From NCBI RefSeq assembly GCF_037042905.1, contig NC_087245.1:13516001-13580000 (forward strand): DNA of 64,000 bases, given 5' to 3'. The translations under genes and the position numbers were made by a program. This stretch comes from Lytechinus pictus (taxonomy: Eukaryota). This document shows, piece after piece, positions 63,914 through 64,000 of this stretch. Under the pieces are notes generated by a model, which worked only from the letters and a program-made list of their open reading frames with translations, had not been told where the DNA came from and ran no database searches. Within the stretch, counting starts at the first letter, position 1; every line of letters starts with the position of its first letter.

Positions 63914-64000
63914 GTGAGAGTCTAAAAAAACATAACATTTATTGAACTGCCAAGGTGTGTTATATGAATCCCTGCCTGAGATCCAGCTGTTGTTTCAAGC

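Overview
This is AT-rich, intron-rich animal DNA with three N-gap regions. The repeat repertoire and domain content suggest an echinoderm, most likely a sea urchin (inference). Manual splicing with GT-AG and phase checks gives four + strand genes. (1) 3745-26113: 8 exons, ~533 aa, signal peptide-SRCR(group A)-WSC-Sushi/CCP-stalk-TM, with a polybasic then acidic tail. (2) 29608-39040: 9 exons, ~801 aa, signal peptide, two divergent CUB domains, a furin-type stalk, TM and a long Tyr-motif tail (YxxM, YVN, YxxP, DSG degron). (3) 45209-55468: 6 exons, ~821 aa, signal peptide, two CUB domains, TM and a long tail with ITIM-consensus motifs, a Src-type SH3 ligand and a thrice-repeated K-[VI]-x-H-T-Y-F-x-G motif. 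(4) 61612 to beyond the window: NmrA-like/NMRAL1, lacking the conserved NADP-phosphate Arg. Introns and intergenic DNA hold a dead CR1/L2-group LINE, tRNA-derived SINEs, many MITEs (Tc1/mariner-, Kolobok-, hAT-, Harbinger- and EnSpm-like, some nested) and microsatellites. The best candidate for an undescribed system is the tandem cluster of three kinase-less single-pass receptors, including a possible activating/inhibitory pair of CUB receptors. That function is inference and needs testing.
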